A stretch of 64,000 nt of DNA from Callorhinchus milii (Eukaryota), in the NCBI RefSeq assembly GCF_018977255.1, contig NW_024704742.1, forward strand, positions 62,126,001 through 62,190,000, read 5' to 3'. This document shows positions 49,131 through 61,441 of the stretch, one piece after another (within the stretch, counting starts at the first letter, position 1; every line of letters begins with the position of its first letter). A program made the position numbers and the translations under genes. Under the pieces are notes generated by a model. The model was not told the origin of the DNA, searched no databases, and saw nothing but the letters and a program-made list of their open reading frames with translations.

Positions 49131-51394
49131 GGCTCACTGTTAATAATGCAACTCATAGAAATGGCAGCACAAGAGGACATACAATCCCACTCAAAATGTT
49201 GTCTTACACTCAACCAAAACGTTTGGGGGTGTAGGAGAGGCAGAAAGTGGGACGGGATCCACTTTGGTATGGTTAGGATCACAATGTTTTTGCTTTGGGT
49301 ATATGGGAAAGTCAGGACATAGTGTTCAATACACAGTGTTGGACAGTATTAGACGTTGAACTGAATGGCAACATAACCAGTGTCTATCTTGAGATTCGCA
49401 AGCACTGCTCAGCAGGACCTTTAACACTACAATCATTACATCTGACCCCAAAAACCTTGCACCAAATCTCATAGTAGAATTGTATTGACAATATCCTTTA
49501 CTCCAATTTGGAACGATTCAATTGAGAGATAGTTAAGTTTCCCAGTGTTCATAACACAGTGCTCACATCTCAATATTTAGAGTCTGCATTCAGAAACTTG
49601 TTTGTCAGAAACTCCAAAGTTTCCTTTGGAGGAGCCGGAGCTTGACGTTATTGACTACAATATAAACAGATGCGATGCTAAACCACAACACTGCTCATTG
49701 CGGAGATTAGCGAAAGCAACATTATCCGTGGTTCAATATCTTTATTCCAACAAATATCACTGTTACTTTTGACTATATTTGGAAAACGTGATTTAAGAAG
49801 TTGCAGGGTATTATGCCCGGGCTTTGTGGAGTTAAACTGAGACCAAGACTGAGGAGGATAGCTGGGGCTGGGGATGTCACTGTGTGGACTGATCCGTTCA
49901 AATGACTGTTCAGCATTTTGCAGCTGATGAGCTTGGGGGTGAGGCAGGGTGTGGGGAACTCCGTTCAGCTCAAATTGCAACATATCCGGATCCTTCCTCC
50001 CGCTCCATGGTCCTGATGTGCAGTTGGGAATCCGCCAGTTTTACCAAAGGACACTTGTACAAAACAGCAATAACAGCATTTGGATATTTAGCTAAGCTTT
50101 TTTATTTGTTTGTAAAAAAAATTCATAGGATGGTTAAAATCAAGATAGGGTCAAAAGTATAAATATTAAAAATGTATATTTATATGTTATAACTCAAAAT
50201 CTGCATATTTATTTATGCAGTATATATATTTATATCTATGTTATACTTCATATTACGAATATATGTTTTATATTTAAACTTTATACAGTAAAAATGTATA
50301 ATTATTTGAATGTTTTTAAATATTTTCTCATATATTTATATCATGAATATAAAAAATATTTTTATAATACAATTGTTTTTTTCCATAGATTTTTGGATGC
50401 ATGCATTGAACATTTCTAAGGTGTTGACAGCAAAAGGGCTTTGAATAAGTCTTCTTTAATTCTCAAATTTTTATTCAAGGTGTCACGGATTTTAGAATTA
50501 ATAATGAACGATATTTTTTCAAATATTTCTGAATGCTGAAGACCTCTGCCTGCAAACGTTAAAGGAAATAAGTTTAGATCATTGGTACACGAGCAACGAT
50601 TATAAAGTTCTAAATTATTATAAAGCTTTAATGTGTTAATTTTTAATCTGTCGATTATAAATTTATTTATTTGATTATAAATGTTTAATATGTCCATGTA
50701 TTATTAACCTGTTCAGAAAAGATCTAGCCAATGTGGTAAATTCGTATTTGCTACATGTTTTCGCTTGACTGTTATCAAAACAAGATTTATTGGTATTAAA
50801 CTGGAAACAAATGTTAACTTTAGACTTTGAGATGACGTATGACTTTTGACATATTACTTTTTTTCACCGAACTTCCCATCACCTGCAAACTAGACATGTC
50901 ACCGACCACAATGTCTGTGTGGTCTTCCCAACTTGTCTTCCCCGCATCCTCTCTGCCGCAATTTCAATTTGATTTAATCCTTTGTTCAATACAATGATTT
51001 AATCCTTTGTTTCATCTCCATTTCGATCAATCCTGTTTATGGTGTGTATATATATACTATATACTATATATGTATAGTGCATTCAAAATATATATGTTGA
51101 ATCCAAATCATTATCCCCCTCAACTAGAGTATATACACAAAGGCAGATTAGTTGACATTTAACTTGAGGTTGTTGTTTTGATAAGCCATCAGTTATCACT
51201 TGTTATCAATAGACCCGCAATGCTGCAGTAAACTAGTATTCTATACTTTCTATATCAATGCAGGTGATCAATGGCACTGTTTAATATGGCGATTTAGTTG
51301 CTTTGGACAAATTGTCTTGGAAATTTCCCTAAAGAGATTAGGTTTGGTCCTGCAGATTTGCAATACAGGGTAGATTGCATTCCTATCACCCCCA

Positions 51395-51780
51395 TATGCA
51401 ACCCTATCACCCCCATCCTCTCCCAACTCCACTGGCTTCCCATCACACAGAAGATGCAGTTCAAGATCCTGGTCCTCACCTTCAAAGCCCTCCATGGTCT
51501 TGCTTTCCCCTACCTCTGCGACCTTCTAACCCCCTACCATCCTGCCCACTCCCTCCACTCAGTGGGCTCTGGCCTGCTTCACGTCCCCCACCTCGCCCGC
51601 CCCACCATTCGCGGGTGGGCATTCAACCACTCTGCCCCCACCCTCTGGAACTCCAAACGGCAGTCCCTCCTCCTTCAAGACCCGTCTCAAGACCTGCCTC
51701 TTCGACCATGCCTTCGGTCACCCTCCTTCCCCCCCTGCCCTCTACCCTCCGTGATCCCGATCGTCAGCTCAGGTCTAAAA
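51395..51780 (+). mobile_element. L2 ORF2 C-terminal fragment
   Basis: PITPILSQLHWLPITQKMQFKILVLTFKALHGLAFPYL...AFNHSAPTLWNS. Confidence 0.9.
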
Positions 51781-52882
51781 CACTGATTGCCAATGGTTTG
51801 GCGAGTTACAAATCTGATTTGGCTCTAACTATGTTCGTGTTGTGGGTTAAGGGTTGATCAGAAATTGCCAAATAACGCCACACCAGCGTACAAGTACTTT
51901 ACACGGCTGCAGATTTCTGCAACAAGAATTCAAATAAAAGTAAATCAATACGGAAAATAGAGCCACCCAGATAAAGTACACAATATAAGTACATTTCAAA
52001 AAATAACTTGCATTCTTATTAAGACTGGGTCATCATCTCTGACGCTATTTCTCCCAAATTTTTATCCGTCCCTTAAATCAACAGCACGTCGAAATACTGC
52101 GTAGGACAATGCCTGTTTGCTCGTAAGATTCAGAGTTAGTGCTGGATAATTGCAGTATATTGCTGCTGTGAGGTTTACACTGCTGTGCATTTGCCTCCTG
52201 TTACCGAAAACACAATAGCACATGTTGTTATGTTGTTACTTATCCCCCACCTGACTCTGTTCAAAGAGAGAGACGTGGGAAATCGCTGTAATTTGGGGAC
52301 AGGTTTTGTCACACCTTGCCACCCTGGACAGCCTGGACCTTTAAAGCCAATTGGAGCAATCCAGCTGAAACATGTAATCCAAATTCTGACACGGTCTCAG
52401 AATTGCCTCACTCGAAGCAAAATGAGAGTCATTCTCAAGACTGGTTTCTTGTGACGCTTTGGAGATAGTACAGTAATAAGCTAATTTTGCCATGTTATTT
52501 ATATTAGAGCAGTCACACCAGTGGCTGTAACAGTATAGATCAGACACAACTTCACCCTTTACTGTTTAACTTAATACACAAACACTGGTGACATCTGTAG
52601 GCTGGCTTATAATACACTTTATTCATCAGTAATTCGGACCACACCATTATTAGATGATTTTTAACATGNTTTTTCCCCTTGGTTATTAGTTACGTTCCCC
52701 AACACTAGTTTTCAAATCCCTTGTGCACCTTCTGCATCTTAATTATAAATTATTTGCCCATTGTCTCCTGTTTTGTTCTCACTCTCCTTTTATTCAAATG
52801 CCCTTGGATTTTTCAGCAGCCCCTTGTTAATTTCAGACGAGAGTTATTTAGGCTTCATCTGTGAGCAGATCTTTGGAAATGT

Positions 52883-53080
52883 ACAACAACTTTCACTTAT
52901 ATAGCGCCCTCCACGCAGGGTAGTGTCCCAGAGCGCTTAAAGGTGGCGGAGCCTGACTCTGAGCTGGGGATGGGAGGGCACCATGTGTCGTAAGCACGGT
53001 AGAAAAGGAAGGTTTTCAGGCGGATTTGAAAAAGGGGAGTGAAGCGGCAAGGCAGAGAGATTGAGGAGGTGTTCCAGAGT
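52883..53080 (-). mobile_element. L2 3' end inserted in the left IR arm
   Basis: acaacaactttcacttatatagcgccctccacgcagggtagtgtcccagagcgc...gttccagag. Confidence 0.85.
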
Positions 53081-53364
53081 TGCCCTTAATAGGCACTTAA
53101 TCTATCAATAGCTTTCTCTCATCTACCTGGGTAGGGTTTTGGCACTAATCTTTAATATTGTAACGTGATTGTACATTTAAATGCTGTTCAGCATCTTTAA
53201 ATACTGTACCGTATTCAGTTTTTTTGAAAAGAAATGCAACCAATGAATTCTGTCCGGGATCGACATTTGCTATGAGTTGTAAACTACGACTTGTAATATG
53301 ATATATTTATAGTTAAAACCCGTCATAATTAGCACATAGGCAAAAAAATTGCCTTTATAATATA

Positions 53365-53534
53365 ATAATAATCCTTGCATTTGATATAGCATCTTATCGT
53401 GTCCTTGAGACGTCTCAAAGCGCTTCACAGAATATACTGCAAAGTGAATTGACTGTATATTTTGTGGCCAAAACACGGCAGCCAATTGCATACAGCAGTA
53501 TCCCACAAACAGTCGTGGACTGAAGTGACCAATT
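53365..53534 (-). mobile_element. tRNA-SINE 3' half
   Basis: taataataatccttgcatttgatatagc...cccacaaacagtcgtggactgaagtgacc. Confidence 0.9.
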
Positions 53535-53834
53535 TATTAAAAGATTAGTGCCAAAACACTGCCCAGGTAGACAGGAAAATGCTATTGATAGATTAATGGC
53601 ATATTTCCAAAGATCTGCTCACAGATAAAGCCTAAGTAACTCTTGTCTTAGTACAGAGGCTGCTGAAAAATTCAAGGAGATTTGAATAAAAGGAGAGAGA
53701 GAAAAACACAGGAGGCAATAGGCAAATAATTTGTAATTAAGATGTAGAATGTGCGCAAGGGACCATTGGACCAGTTCACCACTAAATACTCCTCCACCCC
53801 ATCAATCAATCAATGAGATAACAATCGATCATAT

Positions 53835-54072
53835 CATGAAACATTTCTTTACACAGAGGCCTGTGAAAATGTGGAATGCAGGGCCCCTGAAGACTGTAAA
53901 GGCGGAACCAATTGGGTTGTTTAAAAGGGCATAGATACTTGGGAAGTGAGGGTATTAAGGGGAAAGATGGGAAATGGGATTAATTAGTCTGGCATTATCT
54001 AATAAATTGTTGGACCAGCCTCAGTGGTACTAAATGGCCCCCTTCTGTTCCTATGTTCAAAAAATTCCTATG
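53835..54072 (+). mobile_element. CR1 3' fragment
   Basis: HFFTQRPVKMWNA codons and a ...aatggcccccttctgttcctatgttc tail. Confidence 0.7.
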
Positions 54073-54907
54073 TCCACCCACCCCAACACCCCACCAACCC
54101 ACCCCACTCCCCACACTAGGTACAATAGTTGGACATGAAGCTTCTGGGAGATGGCAAATTCTGAGTTATCAGCCATGGATAGAGACATCTGATTGTTGCT
54201 TCATTGGATATTGACTTAATTCAGATTGATTTCAATCCAAAAATACATTACTCAAATATTGGCAACTTCAATGTCATCACAGCCAACAAATCTTATACAA
54301 TTGTGCCAAGCCAGGGGATTCATGGCTAATCTATACACATTGACTGGTTTGACTGCAATTTCACAATTATCACTCAATAATTACACCACATCACAACTTA
54401 CAATTTACACCCAAATTGCTACTGTATATAAACGAGGATGATATCTCTCTTGCATGATTTCTGCTTTCAATATCAGAAATTTTCTTTGGGTCAACCAGAT
54501 GTTTGACGTGTTTGACGTGCACAGAAATTCATCACCATGCTTAATAGTCTGTGAACCAAAATTCCACATATGTATTTAATTTTTGCTCAGTCTAATACTT
54601 GAAGAAATCAAACGCAATACATAAGAGTATCCAAACCACATATGTATAACGCCTACGCATGGAAATTTACTTGTGATTGGAATGCAGTACCAACTCTCTC
54701 CCTGGAGAGATGCACCTGTTTTCCTAATTCCAGAATGTATTAGTTGCAGGTTGAGTTGCCTGAGAGATCTCACTTACGTCCCCCCAGCCCCCGCAGCACC
54801 CCCACCCTCCCACTCCACCCCCCACCCCTCACCCCATATACCAGGAGGAAAGCCATTAGGTCATCATAAAATATGAAAGATAATGTTACATATATTGGCA
54901 TAATTTA

Positions 54908-55105
54908 TAATGATTATAATCCTTGCATTTGATATAATAATAATCCTTGCATTTGATATAGCACCTTATCACTTTGTTGAGACATCTCAAAGTGTTTCAC
55001 AGAATATACTTTATAGTGAATTGACAGTTAATTTTTTGGGCAAAACTCGACAGCCAATTGTGCACAGCAGTGTCCCACAAACAGTCGTGGATTGAGTGAC
55101 CAAAT
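54908..55105 (-). mobile_element. tRNA-SINE 3' half with a duplicated terminal unit
   Basis: ataatccttgcatttgatata occurs twice in tandem, followed by SINE body. Confidence 0.85.
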
Positions 55106-55402
55106 TCATCTTATTATTTTTTGGGGGCATATATATTTGGCTTCATCTCTCACCCACATACCCACTCCTATGTGTGAACCTAGACACAGAGAGTGGTAAC
55201 AGGGCATCGCAAACCAAGTGCCAACCCTTCCCTTCCTCCTGTACAGTAAACTCCTGATAACTCGTCACTCCAAGGTAAAAGGATCCCACCACAGTTCACT
55301 TGGTTAAAGCAGCAATAACCTGTTTGATAGCTTGTTCTTATAAGCCCCAACATGGGACACTGACATTATCCATAAGACACATTAATATGTGGAGTCTTGT
55401 AG

Positions 55403-55667
55403 CTCGATTCCTGGCAGGGCGAAACCTTGGGCAAGTTTCTTTACTCCACACGCCTGATAATAATCCCTCAAGAGAAAAAAAAGAATAATAAATCAATCAC
55501 TTCAATCCACAACTGTTTGTAGAACACTGCTATGCGCAATTGCTGCCATGTTTCGCCCACAAATATATGGTCAATTCACTTTACAGTATATTCTGTGAAG
55601 CGCTTTGAAGCACGTCTAGAAAATGTGAAAAGCGCTATATCAAATACAAGGATTATTATTATTATTA
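55403..55667 (+). mobile_element. tRNA-SINE, 5'-truncated at the B-box and internally deleted
   Basis: ctcgattcctggcagggcgaaaccttgggcaagtttctttactccacacgcc...caaggattattattattatt. Confidence 0.88.
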
Positions 55668-55744
55668 ATATTTTCAATGTAATTATGGAAATGATCTTGT
55701 TCAAGATGAACTATAGATACAGTAGAAATACTGGAGTATCTTAT

Positions 55745-55950
55745 TAATAACAATAATAATCCTTGCATTTGATATAGTGCCTTATCATGTCATCAATATC
55801 TTAAAAAGTGCTTCACTGTATATAATGTAAAGTGGTGTGACTGTGTATTTTGTGAGCGAATGCAGCAGGCAATGTGCACATCACAATGCCCCAGAAACAG
55901 CCATGGAGGGAGTGACCAATTTGGGGGAAGTGTTAGCCAGGACACCCTTC
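55745..55950 (-). mobile_element. SINE 3' half
   Basis: aataataatccttgcatttgatatagtgcc...gagtgaccaatt...gccaggacacc. Confidence 0.8.
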
Positions 55951-57229
55951 TCTGTTAGAATTTGACGGCTTTTAAAAACTCATTCCATTGAAATAATTGT
56001 GCCTACTGTATGGTGGGGCAAACAGTTCATCTCTGCTGCTAACCTATATAATACCTTATGTCATTGAAACATCTCAAAGCACTTCATAAGAATTACTGTA
56101 AAGTGTAGTTTATTACATTACACAAAATGTAGTTTTTGGGATGCTCTGACAATGTGAAAGGAGCTATATACAATAAATTTCTGATAACTGGTCATTCTAA
56201 GGGAAAAGCGGTCAATGACGAGTTATCAGGAGTGACTGGTTAGACATATGTATAAATATATGAATATATTCGGCTGGAATATTGACACCATGATGACTCA
56301 AGTGGTGGCAAGTTAAGACAGTTTGTTTGCTTGTTGTAGTAGCTGTGTACTTTGAGGCCAAAATGGCAGCCAATTTGTTCATAACAATGTCCCACAGAGA
56401 ATCCTGAAGTGATTGACCAATTTTATCTGGGGGTTCCTGGCCAAGACATCAGGAGACACTTGAATGTGGCTATCAGATGCAATTGAAATCGATGTCAAGG
56501 CTTTCTAGGCAGTCATTCCATGAATATTATTGCTCATTGTATTTATACATTTGAAACTCCTTTTTCATTCCCAAAACAAACTTCAATAATTATACACCTC
56601 ATTTGAGACATTGTATTCCTTAATAAGGAAACTGAATTATAAAATTGGGAACCTTGCCAGTAATCACTTATACCGACCAGTGGGAATTCCTCTCCTATTT
56701 CTGGAGCAGAGTTCCCACAGTTTGACAAGAATTTTAGTGATTCAATTAAAAAACACTGGAAATGAGACTCTACATCATCAAAATAGACAAGAAGTCCAAC
56801 TGGGCTGTACTAGAGTTTAGCCTCACATGACATTAACCCATCCCTTTAGCAGCTGCCTCATTCATACCCCTTTATTCCCTTCTAAGATTCCTCTAAAATG
56901 CACTGATATTTTTGCTTCAGTCATGCATTTTGGCAATGACATTAGAAAGCATCCAAAAGCACATTATCCAATAATCTAATAGAAAAATTATCATTCATTT
57001 CATGGCTATCTTTAGGAGTTTTCTGTCAAGTAAACTGTCATGTTTGCCTACAAATACACAGTCACTGCAACTAACAGAAAAATCTGTGAAGTTCTTGAAG
57101 GGGCTACATCGAATGGAAGGGATATTATTATTAATTCACACCATGTTTTATAGCAACAAGTTACACCAAAACTTTATACTTCATATAAACTTTACACAAA
57201 AACACTGTCTCACAACACCATATGTTTCA

Positions 57230-57432
57230 TCTTGCCAAAATCACAAATGACATCCTCTCTATCTGTGACCAGGGCTCCCTCTGTCTCCTTATCCTCCTGG
57301 ATCTCTCTGCCGCGTTCAGCGCAGTCAACCACACCATCCTCCTCCACCATCTCTCCTCTCACATCCACCTTAATGGGACTGCACTCGCATGGTTCGAATC
57401 CTACTTAACCAACTGCCTCCATTTCATCTCGG
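57230..57432 (+). mobile_element. Older L2 RT fragment, 5' piece (host of a nested insertion)
   Basis: [67 protein letters not shown]. Confidence 0.9.
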
Positions 57433-58942
57433 CAACAACAAGAAGATTCCATTTATTGAGCGCCTTTCACGTCAGGAGGACGTCCCAAGGCGCTGTACAG
57501 TTGGGTCAGGACCTGAGCAGGGGGGTAATGGTCAGGGTGAGGGGAGGGAAGGGAGGGAGCGAGGAGGGGGTAGAGAGTCGAGAGGGGAGCTGAAGGCACG
57601 GTCAAAGAGAAAGGTCTTGAGACCGGCCTTGAAGGAGGAAAGGGAGGAAGCGGCGAAGGCACTGGGGGATAGAGTTCCAGAGCCTCGGGGCTGAGAGGCT
57701 GAAGGCCCGGCCACCGATGGTAGGGCAGTTGGGGCGGGGGATGTGGAGCAGACCGGAGCCAGAGGAATGGAGGGTATGGGCAGGTAGGTAAGGGGATAGT
57801 AGGTTGGAGAGGTAGGAGGGAGCAAGGCCGTGAATGGCCTTGTAGGTGAGGATGAGGATCTTGAATTCGATCCTCTGGGGGATGGGGAGCCAGTGGAGGC
57901 GAGCGAGGGTGGGAGTGATGTGGTCCTGGTGCGGGACAGTACACGAGCTGCAGAGTTCTGAATGACCTGCAGTGTGGAGGGAGGTGCCGGGAAGGCCGGC
58001 GAGGAGAGAGTTCCCATAGTCCAGCCTTGAGGTGATAAAGGCGTGGACCAGAGTTTCAGCAGCGTGAGGGGTGAGGTAGTGCCATAGTCTGGCGACGTTT
58101 CAGAGGTGATGGAAGGCGGTGCCAGTTGTGGCGCGGATATGAGGGAGAAAGGACAGCTCAGGGTCGAACAGAACCCCGAGGTTCCTGACTGACTTTGAGA
58201 GGTGGAGAGTGCAGCCTTGGATGCTGATGCTGTCAGCGCCTGAGGTGCGGAGGCGCTGACGTGAGACAATCAGGAGGGCCTCGGTTTTGCACAGGTTGAG
58301 CTGAAGAAAGTTGTCTCTCGTCCAGGACTCAATGTCGGACAGGCAGGCTGTCAGGACATCGGCGGTCGTGGAGTTGAGGGTGGAGGAGGAAAGGTAGAGT
58401 TGGGTGTCATCTGCATACATGTGGAAGTTAACCCCATGTCTGCGGATGATGTCACCAAGGGGGAGCATATAGAGGGTGAAGAGGAGGGGACCGAGGACAG
58501 AGCCCTGAGGGACACCGCACGAGACAGTGCAGGGGCCGGAGGAAAAAACATTTGTGGAGACAAAGTGAAGACGTTGGGAGAGGTACGACCTAAACCACTC
58601 AAGGACAGGGCCTTGAAGGTTTAGGTGGGAGGACAAGCGGTGGAGCAGGATAGCGTGGTCGACCGTATCGAATGCTGGCGATAGGTCGAGGAGGACGAGG
58701 AGGCAGAGGGAGCCCTGGTCACAGATGGTCAGGATGTCATTGGTGACCTTGACCAGGGCAGTTTCTGTGCTATGGGCAGCACGGAAACCCGACTGAAGGG
58801 GTTCGAATAGTGAATGGTTGGAGAGGAAAGAGCGCAGCTGGGAGGCGACAACTCGTTCCACGACCTTGGACAGGAAGGGGAGGTTGGAGATGGGCCGGTA
58901 GCTTGATAGCTGCGACGCATCAAGGGAGGGTTTTTTGAAGTG
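57433..58942 (-). mobile_element. 5'-truncated L2 (~1.5 kb) with a nearly intact RT domain and 3' tail; non-functional
   Basis: ORF 58100..58966(-) has [55 protein letters not shown] and YADDTQLY. There is a premature TGA at 58100 and later frameshifts; the stem-loop and (TTG)n tail lie at 57433-57495. Confidence 0.95.
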
Positions 58943-58945
58943 GAA

Positions 58946-59345
58946 GTGAATGGTTTCTCCTCCCACCCCCCGGCCTGGTCACCTGTAGGGTAACCCAGGG
59001 CTTTATCTTTGAGCCTCTTTGTTTCCTTATCTATATGCTCCCTCTGGACGATGTTATCCACAGACACAGGGTAAACTTCCACACATTGCGGATGCCACAC
59101 AAATCTACTTTGCCTCCTCCAGTCCCAACTCCAGGGCCACCGATGTTCTATCAGCTTGTCTAACAGACATCAAGGCCTGGATGAGGGTAAACTTCCTGCA
59201 GTTGAGTGTGGACAAGACGGAAGCCATACTCCTTGGCTCCAGTCAACATCTTCACTCCTGCGGATCTGAACCCCTCAACATCCCTGGGCTCTCCCTCAAA
59301 CTTACCGAACCAGTGCGCAATCTAGGCGACTGGTACGACACCCAG
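58946..59345 (+). mobile_element. Older L2 RT fragment, 3' piece
   Basis: VNGFSS...VTCRVTQG...YMLPL...ADATQIYF...LSACLTDIKAWMRVNFLQLSVDKTEAILLGS...VRNLG, with frameshifts. Confidence 0.88.
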
Positions 59346-60359
59346 TATAAATCAAGATTTACTGCAAAATAGTTACTGAGAGTTTTAAATAATTATTTTA
59401 ATGTTATTATAGAGCATATATCTTGAAAATTAAAATCTGATCAGCTCCTGGTCCTGTAAGCACTCACCAAACTCTCCTTCCATCAGTGTCAGTTTCCCCT
59501 ATAATTTTGCTCCCAGACACTCCTTCTGTGAGGAGAATGTGAATTTGAATTGAGAAATATCAACCCAGTTTCCACTCTCCTAATCTCCTAATCCTAGATT
59601 GATGACAAATCTACTAGCTCTATAAATTAGACATTTTAGTCCAGTTGCACAGGTTTTTTTCTACCATGATGAGCAAAAAAGTTCAGAGTTTCTGCACCTT
59701 CCAGGATATTATTTAACATTGTGATTCTTATGATTAATTATCTCATTTGCTTTTTTAAAAAAATCACAAGAGTCTTTGGGCTGACTACTTCCACCATCTA
59801 GTGGTGTGCATGGAGAAATCCACTACAAAAATCAGGAAAAGACAGCAATGCAGCACATGGTGGCGCCAAATCCTAACATAGTCAAATCATCCTCACAAGC
59901 AATTAATGTTGATGGAGCTGCCATGTCACATAAATAATGTTTGCATTTGCCACAGTGCCTATAATGTCGACAATGTTTCTGTGAAGAGTACTTACTGTGT
60001 GTTTTGTAAGCGAACATGCCAGACGATTTGCACACAGCAATATCACACAAACAGCCTGGAAGTGAATGAGCAATTTCATCTGAAGGATTTTTGGTCAGGG
60101 CATAGGTTACATAGATTGATCCAGTACGGACATAGGCCATTCAGTCCAACCAGTTCATGCTGGTGTTTATACATCACACAAGCCACCAATCCTCCCATTC
60201 CCCTCAGCTATACATCTCTATCCTTTTCTCCCTTATGTACCCGGCATACTCGGATGAGTGCATTTGAATACAAATGAAAATGTTCTGTAATCTTGCAAAT
60301 GAAAAAACAAATGCTTCACCTTTTAGCCATATTAAAGCCTGGACACCCTTTATCCTCCC

Positions 60360-60458
60360 TCTCCCCCTGGATCATTGTCAGACTCCGCCACCGTGAAGTG
60401 CTCCGGGACGCTACCCCACGTGAAAAGCGCTATATAAATGCAAGTTGCTGTTGTTGTT
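60360..60458 (+). mobile_element. L2 3' tail
   Basis: cacgtgaaaagcgctatataaatgcaagttgctgttgttg. Confidence 0.75.
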
Positions 60459-60737
60459 ATTTAAATGCAATTTTAAATGTATTGTCTCGAAATGCAAATG
60501 TATTTACAAATGTACTGGATGCAATGTAGCAGTTTCTATTTGGGCAGAAAAAAATGCAACAGGTGGTACAAAAGAGTTGTGACATATAAATCAGTATGTG
60601 TTGTGTCGTGTCTGTGTTGTGTCGTGTCTGTGTTGTGACCTGGGCTAATAGAAAAGTGCGCCAGCAATTTTTCAGTGGAATCCGCTATAAACAGTGCCTC
60701 CGCTATAAACCCGTAAAAGTTTCTGGCCCCAGGCCGC

Positions 60738-60970
60738 TCTGTATGAGTGTGCCCATGTGTGTCTCTTCTATGTGTGTGTGTTTCTGAGTGTCTCAGTATG
60801 AATGTGTATGTGTGTCTCTCTCTCCTCTGTTGTATGTGTGTATGTGTCTTTGTGTCTATGAATGTGTGCGTGTCTCTCTCTACATGAGAATGTGTGTCTC
60901 TCCGTGTCTGTGAGTGTGTGTGTCTCTTTCGGGGTCTATGTTTGTGGGGTCTCTCTCTGGCTCTCTGTGT
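60738..60970. repeat. Degenerate (GT)/(CT) low-complexity tract
   Basis: Directly visible; it explains ORF 60536..60973. Confidence 0.85.
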
Positions 60971-61441
60971 CATAGGAACGTAGGAACTGGAGAAGGCCGT
61001 TCAACCCTTCGAGCCTGTTCCACCATTTAATTAGATGGTGTCTGTGGGTCTCACTCTGGCTCTCTGTGGCTGTGTTCGGTGCCAGACCCTGAGAGGCAGG
61101 AGATGGTGAGCTCCTGTAGCCTTGCGCGTTCTCCCCAACCCCCCATCCCCCCCCACCCTGCCCCCCCCACCCCCCAAATCAACTACCCAGTTTTTCTTAC
61201 AAGAAGAAATCAATTTTAAAAATTGCAACAATCTGATATGTGTTATTTCCTAATATTTAGTTTTTATTAATGAAATTAAAAAATGTAGGTCGGCAGTAAA
61301 ATGTACCTCAATAGCACCAAACAACTCGTTGGGATTTTCCGCAAAATCTGCCAAATTTCCCCGCAATTTTGGACAAATACCTGTCATCCAAAGTATCATG
61401 TATTCTTTGAAGCAGTTGAAAATATTATAAATGCATTTGGT

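Larger units (their letters stand above)
52717..53762. repeat. Long inverted repeat (~230-bp arms) interrupted by an L2 and a SINE
   Basis: Left arm 52717-52882 plus 53092-53157 is the reverse complement of right arm 53535-53762, e.g. atctgtgagcagatctttggaaat / atttccaaagatctgctcacagat and ttttggcactaatcttt / aaagattagtgccaaaa. Confidence 0.85.
55244..56238. mobile_element. Putative non-autonomous Tigger/pogo-like DNA transposon defined by TIRs
   Basis: TA|cagtaaactcctgataactcgtca (55244-67) and tgacgagttatcaggagtgactg (56216-38), plus an internal copy ctgataactggtca (56181-94). Confidence 0.6.

Noticed and set aside
23055..52669. Single N bases at 23055, 42202 and 52669
   Set aside because: Each precedes a T-run, so these are homopolymer ambiguities in the assembly. 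They also caution against trusting exact run lengths.
58100..58966. 288-aa reverse transcriptase as a host or novel gene
   Set aside because: 5'-truncated L2 ORF2 with no endonuclease or promoter, a premature stop and an ordinary L2 tail.
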